This document shows positions 9,313-17,446 of a stretch of 64,000 nt of DNA, piece by piece (the first letter of the stretch is position 1; the number at the start of each line of letters is the position of its first letter). This DNA is from a virus (Duplodnaviria; Heunggongvirae; Uroviricota; Caudoviricetes). The notes below the pieces were generated by a model. The model was not told the origin of the DNA and did no database searches. It saw only the letters and a list, made by a program, of their open reading frames with translations. Position numbers and translations under genes: made by a program. The stretch spans positions 179,550-243,549 of IMG/VR virus record IMGVR_UViG_3300020045_006153. One strand, written 5' to 3'.

Positions 9313-10190
9313 TATGATAAGCCTGCGTATAAGTGCATTTGCAAGTTAAGTTTAAATCCGTTATCCATGCAATAACGAGCAGTGTACTTATGATTTGCTT
9401 CATTAGCAACTAAGTTTAACACGCCTGGTTCCCAAAAGTCAATAACTTCGTCAACCGTAGAACGTTCTGCCATCGTAATAGTGCCCTTCTCTGCGCGCAC
9501 AAGTTTAATCTTCTGAGGCAGATCATTGTAAATATTCATCGGACTACAATAGATATCTTTTCCAGTCTTTGCTTTCCAATCATGTGCCCACTGGGGAACT
9601 TCATTATATGGACTTGTGTCTTTTGAATCCATAACAAACTTGAGACAGTCTGCACGATCCAATATAGTTTTAGATGGTGAGAAATACTTTGTAGCAACTC
9701 CGTTTTTCTCCATGCACTTCGGCGAGCATACAAGAGTAACACCTTCTGGTACTACTGTGTCGGGGATGCCATTACTTTCAACTTGCACTGCTTTAAAGTT
9801 TGCAAGTTGTTCTTGCATAAATTTACTAATATTTTCTTGCAGCAATGGTTCGCCACCTGTCATAACAAGTACAATATTTGGATACTCTTTACCGCTATAC
9901 ATATTGTATGCCCAGTCTGGAACAGATTGTCCTCTGCTTGTCCAATATGCGGTAATAGTCTCGTGCATCTTTTCGCCAATCTGCTCAAACGTCATCCAAT
10001 CGCCGTCGTCGAAGAATGTGTCGCAGAATGAACAATCTAAATTGCACTTTGCTAGACGGATGAACAGTGCCGGCAAGCCCGCATAAGGGCCTTCACCTTG
10101 CAATGTAAAGAACATACTTGTGACAAATAAACTGTCCTTAGGTGCGTCCTTAAAATACTTCTTACCAATTATCTCGTTAGTTCCGAACAT
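9312..10190 (-). CDS. queE: 7-carboxy-7-deazaguanine synthase (radical SAM)
   Basis: F.TLQGEG..AG.PA.FIRL..CNLDCSFCDT, VMTGGEPLLQ, ESNG, VCSPK, LQMH. Confidence 0.92.
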   Translation of the reverse strand: MFGTNEIIGKKYFKDAPKDSLFVTSMFFTLQGEGPYAGLPALFIRLAKCNLDCSFCDTFFDDGDWMTFEQIGEKMHETITAYWTSRGQSVPDWAYNMYSGKEYPNIVLVMTGGEPLLQENISKFMQEQLANFKAVQVESNGIPDTVVPEGVTLVCSPKCMEKNGVATKYFSPSKTILDRADCLKFVMDSKDTSPYNEVPQWAHDWKAKTGKDIYCSPMNIYNDLPQKIKLVRAEKGTITMAERSTVDEVIDFWEPGVLNLVANEANHKYTARYCMDNGFKLNLQMHLYAGLS

Positions 10191-10278
10191 AATTATTCCT
10201 CTAATATTTTTTTAAGATGCTCATTGATAGAGCGAAGTTCTGCTAATGCCTCTGCTAACATAAAATTAATTTCCATCG

Positions 10279-10527
10279 TTATTCCTTAATTTCAAATCGT
10301 GACTTAATCAATTGACTAAAAGTAAGTTGAGCGTTGACCCAAATCCTGCCTTCGTTGTCGGTTTCTGCCTTAACTTTATTAGTGGCCAAGTCTACTTCTA
10401 TTATACTACAACATTCATTAACAATCAACTCGGCGAACTTTTGGCGAAATTTATAATCTGTATAAGTGCCTTGGACGTTCATTTCTTTTGCAGCCAATTT
10501 GGCAAGTTGTTCGATCCGTTCGTTCAT
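10279..10527 (-). CDS. Small hypothetical protein (MNERI...KFAELIV.EC family), copy 1
   Basis: Paralog of the adjacent ORF. Confidence 0.75.
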   Translation of the reverse strand: MNERIEQLAKLAAKEMNVQGTYTDYKFRQKFAELIVNECCSIIEVDLATNKVKAETDNEGRIWVNAQLTFSQLIKSRFEIKE

Positions 10528-10638
10528 AATTTGACTCCGAAATATTCTTTAATCCTGCTTCCGACCTCGGGTCCAATATCAAGCGGCAGCGAATAAGCAA
10601 TATTAGAACATTCCCTGACAATCAACTCGGCGAACTTT
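10421..10638. repeat. 21-bp exact direct repeat ACAATCAACTCGGCGAACTTT (10421-10441 and 10618-10638)
   Basis: Encodes KFAELIV in both tandem paralogs; the two starts also share 11 identical nt. Confidence 0.9.
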
Positions 10639-10715
10639 GTTGAATTAAACCAAGCAGGTCCATACTGTCGAGATTCCCAGCACTGATTCTCAAGTTCTTT
10701 AATTCGTTCGTTCAT
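10524..10715 (-). CDS. Small hypothetical protein (MNERI...KFAELIV.EC family), copy 2
   Basis: Paralog of the adjacent ORF; ATGA overlap. Confidence 0.75.
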   Translation of the reverse strand: MNERIKELENQCWESRQYGPAWFNSTKFAELIVRECSNIAYSLPLDIGPEVGSRIKEYFGVKL

Positions 10716-10796
10716 TTTGTTGTTCCAATTATGCGCCTAAGGCAGTGATTAATCAATTGCAATTCGGCTAACGCTTCACTTAACATAAACTCAATA

Positions 10797-11003
10797 TCAG
10801 TCGGATTCATTTTTTTTAAACCTTGGCATAACTTCTGCACCTGCATACTCAAATGCAGATAGCATTGGTAACAGTTCTTCCATCTTGTTTGCTGGATGCC
10901 GCTGTATTAAATTGTGATCACCGTCAATCAACATAAAGTACAGGCTATCTGTACCTTCGTTGAGTTGCTTCTTAAAAATATAATCTAAATCTTCTTTTAG
11001 CAT
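10797..11003 (-). CDS. Hypothetical protein
   Basis: 68-aa ORF, GAGG SD. Confidence 0.6.
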   Translation of the reverse strand: MLKEDLDYIFKKQLNEGTDSLYFMLIDGDHNLIQRHPANKMEELLPMLSAFEYAGAEVMPRFKKNESD

Positions 11004-11176
11004 TATATGTCCTCATACTTTGCGAGTTTGATAGCAGGCTCTAATCCGACTTGGTACAGTGCATTGATGACCATTTCTATAACATCATCGCAACCTGTCT
11101 TACTATCTTTGAGAATTTCTTCCCACCATTCGTCGTTACCTTCAGTGATAACTAATTCAAGTGTATATTTTTTCAT
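11003..11176 (-). CDS. Small hypothetical protein (57 aa, MKKYTLELVITEG...)
   Basis: Read manually; AAGGA SD; TAATG overlap with the downstream gene. Confidence 0.6.
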   Translation of the reverse strand: MKKYTLELVITEGNDEWWEEILKDSKTGCDDVIEMVINALYQVGLEPAIKLAKYEDI

Positions 11177-11357
11177 ATTCCTTCAATAAAGTGAAGCGTG
11201 TAAGAAACTTAGTTAGTTCACATTCATGCGTAGTATCTTCTGCATGTTGTCCATACTGAATTACAGTAGTATCTCCTTCAGTAATAACACTACGAATTTT
11301 AACTCTACGATCTTTGAATTGTGTATCAACCCATCGACTGTTTTTCTCAACTATCAT
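11157..11357 (-). CDS. Hypothetical protein
   Basis: ATGA overlap with the folE stop. Confidence 0.55.
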   Translation of the reverse strand: MIVEKNSRWVDTQFKDRRVKIRSVITEGDTTVIQYGQHAEDTTHECELTKFLTRFTLLKEYEKIYT

Positions 11358-12052
11358 CGAGGTGCCCAACCTTGTTGTAATGCAATGTTATCAAAGAATT
11401 CTTTTTTAACACTTGCATCACCTTTGAATGCTCCTCTAAGAACTGTAGTTTGAGTCAAGGAACTGTGTGCCATAATACCACGATTTTCGCAGCATCCATG
11501 AGTTGCTTGAATATAAACTGCAACATTATTGCTTCCAGTTGCGCTCATTATTTCTCGGGCAATATCATTGCATAATTCTTCTTGTAATGTTCCTCTACGT
11601 GCACACCATTGTGCAATACGAGTATATTTGCTAAGTCCAATTAACTTTTGTGCTGCAAGGATACCGATATATGCAACGCCGGTTACTGGTTGGTGATGAT
11701 GTGAACACATAGACTTTAGTTCTGAACGAACAACAAGCATTCCTTCATATCTATCATCACTATCATTCGGAAATGCAGTTGCTGCTGGACTAGGTTCATA
11801 CCTACCTGCCATTATCTCATTAAAATACATTTTAGCAAGGCGGCGCGGTGTACCTTTGCTATTTGGATCATTTTCACGATCAATTAGTAGTGCATCTAGT
11901 ACACCTTCAAACGCGATTGTTGCTTCGTCAATTAACTGATTTTTTAAATCATCTGTGAGACACTCTGCAATATTGTCTCCTGCCCAATAACGCTTTCCGT
12001 TACGGTTCATATTTTCACGTAGTACTTGCGAAAGGTTTTTACTATTTTCCAA
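11354..12052 (-). CDS. folE: GTP cyclohydrolase I
   Basis: TPRRLAKMY, SMCSHH, IGLSKY.R, LQEEL, H.CC..RG zinc ligands. Confidence 0.96.
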   Translation of the reverse strand: MENSKNLSQVLRENMNRNGKRYWAGDNIAECLTDDLKNQLIDEATIAFEGVLDALLIDRENDPNSKGTPRRLAKMYFNEIMAGRYEPSPAATAFPNDSDDRYEGMLVVRSELKSMCSHHHQPVTGVAYIGILAAQKLIGLSKYTRIAQWCARRGTLQEELCNDIAREIMSATGSNNVAVYIQATHGCCENRGIMAHSSLTQTTVLRGAFKGDASVKKEFFDNIALQQGWAPR

Positions 12053-12099
12053 TTTTTATTATTCTCCGATGATGACGCAGTGGATTGCGTTATATAACT

Positions 12100-12128
12100 A
12101 TTGTACAGTGTTATTTAGGCTCCTGCAA
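12100..12128 (-). promoter_or_regulatory. sigma70-type promoter for folE, with an embedded TAAATA
   Basis: TTGCAG-N17-TACAAT; TAAATA at 12117-12112. Confidence 0.55.
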
Positions 12129-12914
12129 CCTAAGGATTGTATTTTTCTTAACTGCTGCATCCAGCACGTTCATTTGTGCGTCAACATCGGATGCAATTTT
12201 TAACAATGCAGAGGTGTCTTTTGGAAAACATGCGCCACCAAATCCGAATGATCCATCTGGGCCGGGCACCTGCATATGACTATCTCCAATTCTAGGATCA
12301 TGCTTAACCATAGACGAAATCACTTCATAATTGCAATCTAATGCTTCGGCTAGTGCAGACATCTCATTCATAAAGATAACCTTAGTTGCCATAAACGAAT
12401 TAATTGTATACTTCGCTAACGATGCTTCAGCAATCGTACAATAACGAACTACTTTTAAATTAGACTGACTTATACGGATCACTCGTTCTGCTTCACGTTG
12501 GTATGCAAGTACATTACCGCCGATAAATGCAAATGTACCATTTGCATAATCTAATGATGCTCTTGCTGCTGTTAGAAACTCAGGAGCATGAACTAAGTTT
12601 GGAAATTGCTCTTGGAGTTTGGCATATGTCGTCGGCGGTGCAGTGCACTTACTAATGATAACTCCGCGGTATTTAATTTCAGCCAATTCTGCAAGAACTG
12701 ACTCAAGTGCACTTGTATCGCAGGTACCGTCTTCACTTTGAGGCGTAGGAACTGCAACGAAAATAGCAGAACATCCTTTCAAGTCAACGTATGTTGCATT
12801 GTGTCCTTTAAATGGGTCTCGCAATTCCAGCGGCATACTAATCATAGTAAATGCATCTGCAATCGCTCCGCCAACAAATCCCAAACCAATAATTCCTATC
12901 TTTTCATTAAACAT
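12111..12914 (-). CDS. UDP-glucose/GDP-mannose dehydrogenase-family protein (short form, no C-terminal UDP-binding domain)
   Basis: GLGFVG Rossmann motif, FVAVPTP, KCT.PP.T, PEFL, K...NSFMATKV.F.NE, DPRIG, catalytic GFGGACFPKD. Confidence 0.9.
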   Translation of the reverse strand: MFNEKIGIIGLGFVGGAIADAFTMISMPLELRDPFKGHNATYVDLKGCSAIFVAVPTPQSEDGTCDTSALESVLAELAEIKYRGVIISKCTAPPTTYAKLQEQFPNLVHAPEFLTAARASLDYANGTFAFIGGNVLAYQREAERVIRISQSNLKVVRYCTIAEASLAKYTINSFMATKVIFMNEMSALAEALDCNYEVISSMVKHDPRIGDSHMQVPGPDGSFGFGGACFPKDTSALLKIASDVDAQMNVLDAAVKKNTILRLQEPK

Positions 12915-13987
12915 TATTTTATATTCTCCAAAAGCGCACCAGCGTTAAAGAAGTATTTAGATAATTCTAACGTTTGCTTCTTTAATCTTGGAAGTTCTTG
13001 CTCGTAATTTTTCATTAAACGATCAATTTCTTGACAAAGATACGGCTTGTAAACTTCATACATTTTATAGTCTTCGGTCCACCTACTGTCATATTTAAAT
13101 GGCATCATGTACATTTCAGTATATGATAATCGATCAGGAACAAACGGCATAGCATTAACTAATGCACCTTCATAACACCCGATGCCAAGTGTTTCTTGCA
13201 GACTACAACTAAACACCATTTTTGCTTCACCTAACAAATTATGATATTCATTTTTTGTTAGTTCTTGATCCTGACATACAACAAATTCGTATTGTGGCAT
13301 TGCTTCCTTTAAATCTCGAAAGATTTCAACTTGCTTTTCGGGAGCAATACGATGCGGAAACACAATTAGATCACGCTTAGGCATATTCTTATATGGTGTG
13401 AGAATATCATCCATATATTCCATAGGCCAACCCGTACGAACAATTTTGCCTTCATCAATTTGATATAGCAACCATTCGTCGTCGGTAGTTTCGCTGAAAG
13501 TTTTAGCAAATAAATTAATGTGAAAATCAGTAGCAAAATAATTATGATCAATTGCATAAAAGAAACTTTGCTCTGCGTGTCTTACCCACGGTTGATCGCC
13601 GATAAGTCGCCCAAGGAAATCGTGAGGATCGTAAGACCCTGCATGCCATAGTGCATGAATAGTTACTGGAATATTCAGTAACTGACTCATATACTTCAAG
13701 TTAATAATTCCTGGATGCCATGCATCAGTAAACAGGAAATGATCACCTGATTTAATTTGACCTGCGCAAAACAATCTGCCAATTTGTTCAACTTGAGATG
13801 CTTTGTATACATTAGTGCCGCCAAAATTAAGGAATGCACCAGGTGTTGTTGCAGCAGGAATATCAGTAGGCCCGGCAATTACCTCAATGCGATGCCCTGC
13901 TTTAGAAAGTAGAAAAGGCACATGGGTCTGCCATTGACCCGTGTACCTTGATTCCACCGCCTCAATGTCGACGATGAAAACTGTCAT
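12914..13987 (-). CDS. GT-B (GT4-like) glycosyltransferase
   Basis: IVFPHRIAPEK and EX7E motif ETLGIGCYE followed by VPDRLSYTE. Confidence 0.85.
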   Translation of the reverse strand: MTVFIVDIEAVESRYTGQWQTHVPFLLSKAGHRIEVIAGPTDIPAATTPGAFLNFGGTNVYKASQVEQIGRLFCAGQIKSGDHFLFTDAWHPGIINLKYMSQLLNIPVTIHALWHAGSYDPHDFLGRLIGDQPWVRHAEQSFFYAIDHNYFATDFHINLFAKTFSETTDDEWLLYQIDEGKIVRTGWPMEYMDDILTPYKNMPKRDLIVFPHRIAPEKQVEIFRDLKEAMPQYEFVVCQDQELTKNEYHNLLGEAKMVFSCSLQETLGIGCYEGALVNAMPFVPDRLSYTEMYMMPFKYDSRWTEDYKMYEVYKPYLCQEIDRLMKNYEQELPRLKKQTLELSKYFFNAGALLENIK

Positions 13988-14212
13988 TTACTCGCCTCGT
14001 TGTGGACGGTAATCCTTACGATAGTGCTGTTTGCGCTCGCCACCAATACGGTAAGAATAATCTCTCCAATCCTTTGACTTATACAAGTCAGACGGAGTGA
14101 AGGGGAAAAGGTTGAAACGACATTGGTCGTGCCATGCTTCCAGGTCCTCGAAGATTTTAGTAACTTCAGGCTTCATACGAAGAGTTTTTTGAATGTAGGC
14201 TGGTTGTGCCAT
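13988..14212 (-). CDS. Hypothetical protein (MAQPAYIQKTL...)
   Basis: AGGA SD before ATG 14212; tiles the operon. Confidence 0.65.
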   Translation of the reverse strand: MAQPAYIQKTLRMKPEVTKIFEDLEAWHDQCRFNLFPFTPSDLYKSKDWRDYSYRIGGERKQHYRKDYRPQRGE

Positions 14213-14225
14213 TAGTAAATTCCTA

Positions 14226-14597
14226 TTAAAAAGGATTGTTAGAAAATTGAAGATATGCGCCATTCTCGCCATCTTCACTTACGTCAATCCAAACCTCACG
14301 GTTTGGATATCGTGCGGTGATTGTCGCGTTAAGTTCACGAGCAATCATTTCGCAAGATTTGAAATCTAACTCAAGTGTGCCATTACTATAGCAACTCTCA
14401 AGCCAGCGTTTAAATAGGATAAATTCAATATCTCGGTCATCGTGCGTTACTGCAATCCAGACCTTGAAGTGAAAAATATGTCGATGAGGGAAGCCTAGAA
14501 AACTCACATCAGCAAGCGCAATATCATCTGCTGCTGCAGGATAGCAATGGATTCCTTCCTTGCGAAAGGTAACCCAAATCATAGATTTATTCTGCAT
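14226..14597 (-). CDS. queD: QueD-like 6-carboxytetrahydropterin synthase (T-fold)
   Basis: H...HRH metal ligands, SCEMIA and terminal VSEDGENGA resemble the PTPS/QueD pattern; clustered with folE and queE. Confidence 0.7.
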   Translation of the reverse strand: MQNKSMIWVTFRKEGIHCYPAAADDIALADVSFLGFPHRHIFHFKVWIAVTHDDRDIEFILFKRWLESCYSNGTLELDFKSCEMIARELNATITARYPNREVWIDVSEDGENGAYLQFSNNPF

Positions 14598-14736
14598 CAG
14601 TCATCTCAGGCTTTGCAACCTTTAGGAATTCCCAAAGTTTCCAATCAATTGCTTCGAGCAACTGAATAACACGCCTTTCGTAATCAGTGTTAGTTGTTTC
14701 AACTGACTCTGTTTCTGTAATTTTTTTAGTAGCCAT
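14587..14736 (-). CDS. Small hypothetical protein (49 aa, MATKKITE...LEAIDWKLW)
   Basis: Read manually; AAGGA SD; fills the gap in the operon. Confidence 0.6.
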   Translation of the reverse strand: MATKKITETESVETTNTDYERRVIQLLEAIDWKLWEFLKVAKPEMTDAE

Positions 14737-14745
14737 CGTATTTCC

Positions 14746-15258
14746 TTATTTTATAATTTTGTCACTTGCATACTGTGACCAGTCTGTAAATTTACAGCGA
14801 TCTTGCAAATCGTGTAAACTATGAGTCCATACTCCTGGATTAGTTGCCTTAAAATCCTTGTCATCAATTTTAATCATTGTGTTATAATTCCACAATTTGA
14901 TATAAGGAATAGGTACTCGGATTTGTGGAATAAAGTTATTAAACTCGTTCAATCCGCCGTCGTTGAATTCTTCAACTGCGCTCATCGGAATATCTAAACT
15001 GCACAAATAATCTTTTTCCAAGAAAAAGAGGATCATAGTTTCCCAATTAGACCACTCTATCGGTGTTTGTGGATTAAAACTATGATTCGCTCCAAAAAAG
15101 ATATGGCGTGCACCATTTAGATTTGCTGCGATTACTTCAACATCCTGCAATCCAACTACAAACAATGTTTCTAGCCCAAAGGCAGGAGTGTGCTCTACTT
15201 CAATGCCAGTAAAAAATACTGCATCGTTTGTTTCACCTGTTGTATAATCACGTTTCAT
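14746..15258 (-). CDS. Hypothetical protein, first gene of the queD/GT/dehydrogenase operon
   Basis: 170 aa, enzyme-like motifs (GIEVEHT, HIFFGANHSF, TNPGVWTH); leaderless start under the 15293 promoter. Confidence 0.8.
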   Translation of the reverse strand: MKRDYTTGETNDAVFFTGIEVEHTPAFGLETLFVVGLQDVEVIAANLNGARHIFFGANHSFNPQTPIEWSNWETMILFFLEKDYLCSLDIPMSAVEEFNDGGLNEFNNFIPQIRVPIPYIKLWNYNTMIKIDDKDFKATNPGVWTHSLHDLQDRCKFTDWSQYASDKIIK

Positions 15259-15264
15259 ATATTA

Positions 15265-15293
15265 AGTATAGCACTAATCTAGTGCTATGTCAA
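15265..15293 (-). promoter_or_regulatory. sigma70 promoter with a 9-bp inverted repeat spanning the spacer
   Basis: TTGACA-N17-TATACT; ATAGCACTA-N3-TAGTGCTAT at 15268-15288. Confidence 0.8.
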
Positions 15294-15307
15294 GTTATTT
15301 TGATTAA

Positions 15308-15820
15308 TTATTCTACATACAATTGCGCAGACTGTACAAATCGATCTTTAGAAACCCTATGATCCCAAATACAAAAACACCCTTTTCGTCTTCTCTCAGT
15401 AGGTTCGTGTGTTTTTTTATCAAAGGTAGCACTAATTGTATTACCTTTAAGATGTAAATATGCATAATTAGGAATCACAGCAAAATAAACCTTAAATGTT
15501 TCTGGATTTATAATTATTACAAATATATCAAGGTCTCTGCTTTTAGGGATAAGTACATACCCTGTATATTTTTTATCAATAAACGGAGTATTACAAGTTT
15601 TTAATTGAACACCATTTGTAAAATCAGTTCTTCGTTGACCCCTTTTACATCGGGTCAGGCCGGTTACCGCCACTGTCCACTGTTCGCCGATTTCGCCTAT
15701 ATTTGTTCTATTGCCTACTAATTCACCTCTAAATGCTGCAAGAATCTCTGGAGGCAACTCACCTTGAAAGTCTATACAAAAGTCATCATACGAGATTGAC
15801 ATTTGCTCAGAAGTAATCAT
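15308..15820 (-). CDS. Hypothetical protein, possible PD-(D/E)xK endonuclease
   Basis: GEIGE...TDF..GVQLKT arrangement; ATGA-type overlap with the transglycosylase gene. Confidence 0.45.
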   Translation of the reverse strand: MITSEQMSISYDDFCIDFQGELPPEILAAFRGELVGNRTNIGEIGEQWTVAVTGLTRCKRGQRRTDFTNGVQLKTCNTPFIDKKYTGYVLIPKSRDLDIFVIIINPETFKVYFAVIPNYAYLHLKGNTISATFDKKTHEPTERRRKGCFCIWDHRVSKDRFVQSAQLYVE

Positions 15821-17445
15821 TTTGTAATATCTTCTTCCAAATTACGCAATGCATCGTCATCAGGATTCGAAAGATCAACTTCTTCTTCCTTAGTAACTTC
15901 TTCAACCTCAAACAATGCATTGTAACGATTTTGAGCAGGGCCGCCTTGTAAACGTGCGCCTTCCATACTACGCAAGAATGGGCCTGCTTCCTCAATCATT
16001 GCAAATGCTTCTTCCTTGCTTTTTGTATTGAACAAATCCTCAACAAGTGTTGCAAAGTACAAAATACTACGTGGAACCCAATCCGAATGTTGATCTGCAC
16101 TGCTTTCTTTGTCACGAAGTTTATGCCAATGTCTCCAAGTTAAATACCCTTTTGTTTTAGCAATTTCAATATCCATTAATTGTTGTGCACGTTGTACTGC
16201 TTTGATATGGCATTCAACATTATGTCCCATCATTAATGCATACGCAAAACTATCCCAAGATGTCTTATTAGGAATCTTATCTAACTTATTCAACCGAGGA
16301 ACAACATGATAATGCTCTTGATTTGTGTGATCAAATTTAACATCACCTAATTCTTCATTTGTTTTGCGAACGCCTAGGTCGTAATAGCAAATATCACCTA
16401 CTGTGAGCCTGCGGCCCATTTCGCTTTCAAACGGGAACGGTATGTCGGAACCGGAAAGTCCTTTGTTGTCGAATGCTTTGTCCATAATAACACTCCATCT
16501 TTTTGTGGTGTGCTGCGCGTTTGTGTAGACAAGTCCGTGTGCTGTTGCGATAAACGGTGAGGCGCAATCAAAAGATATGGTAAGGTTTTCATTAATGTGC
16601 TTTCTAATTTGTCTCTGAATCAAGGTTAAATAACAACTCCAATCTAACTGAGCAGTGCCTAGGAAGTGGATCCAATCTTTGCCTTCTAGCAAATTGTCAT
16701 CGCGTAACGTCATTAAACGTTTCAATGTAATATCCATTTTACACATGTTGGCTCCCCCGAATGCCCAACCTTCTGCGGCTTTATCGCCCCATACTTGTGT
16801 ATCACTAAAATCCTTAACACCGTTATACCACTTTTCAGCAGTGTCCCAATCTCCGCCTTGCAATACGTTCAAGAACTTTGTATGTCCTTGACGATTATCT
16901 AAGAAGAATTTATTATTGAAACGGGTCTTGTCTAAGCAATCTTCGAATGTCTTTAATCCTGTCTTAGGACTATGAATATGGTCACATGCCCATGTAGGAA
17001 CGTCAAGCATCATAGACCAATCAGCAGTTAATTCTAACCAATCAAGAATTTGTTGACGAGTTTTAGTTGCTGCAGGGCCTTCAAAGTCAAGCCAATCAAA
17101 CTTTAAAACACCTTTACCAATTTGGTATCCACCCGAGTCACCCAAGATCATTGTGTTATCACGATCTCGTTGTTGAATCATCGACTCTTGGATAACACTT
17201 TTTTGCAAATCTAATTGTGCGTGGCCTGCAGAATACAGGCCATACTTGTATGTAAAATACCCCTCATCAGCATTTAAAAAGTTCATTCCTTCGATGCCTC
17301 GATCAAATCCTTTCGGAATTCGGGTAGCAGGAACGAACTCTTCCAATCGTTGTTTTGCAACGTATGTACTATAAAATGAACTGATTGCTGGCAAATATAC
17401 AGCATAATCCATCTGTAGTGGTGTTAAATTAACTCTGTTTGTCAT
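15817..17445 (-). CDS. TGT-superfamily 7-deazaguanine transglycosylase (DpdA-like)
   Basis: DSGGYQ, MMLDVP, NVLQG, GWAFGG, IHFLG, SFDCASP and late HN motifs; no CxCxxC zinc site; start revised to 17445, just after the clamp stop. Confidence 0.85.
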   Translation of the reverse strand: MTNRVNLTPLQMDYAVYLPAISSFYSTYVAKQRLEEFVPATRIPKGFDRGIEGMNFLNADEGYFTYKYGLYSAGHAQLDLQKSVIQESMIQQRDRDNTMILGDSGGYQIGKGVLKFDWLDFEGPAATKTRQQILDWLELTADWSMMLDVPTWACDHIHSPKTGLKTFEDCLDKTRFNNKFFLDNRQGHTKFLNVLQGGDWDTAEKWYNGVKDFSDTQVWGDKAAEGWAFGGANMCKMDITLKRLMTLRDDNLLEGKDWIHFLGTAQLDWSCYLTLIQRQIRKHINENLTISFDCASPFIATAHGLVYTNAQHTTKRWSVIMDKAFDNKGLSGSDIPFPFESEMGRRLTVGDICYYDLGVRKTNEELGDVKFDHTNQEHYHVVPRLNKLDKIPNKTSWDSFAYALMMGHNVECHIKAVQRAQQLMDIEIAKTKGYLTWRHWHKLRDKESSADQHSDWVPRSILYFATLVEDLFNTKSKEEAFAMIEEAGPFLRSMEGARLQGGPAQNRYNALFEVEEVTKEEEVDLSNPDDDALRNLEEDITK

Positions 17446-17446
17446 A

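Noticed and set aside
12111-13987. Host LPS/capsule-modifying cassette as the explanation for the GT and dehydrogenase
   Set aside because: Not favoured: no membrane, flippase or polymerase genes nearby, and the pair lies between queD and folE; not fully excluded
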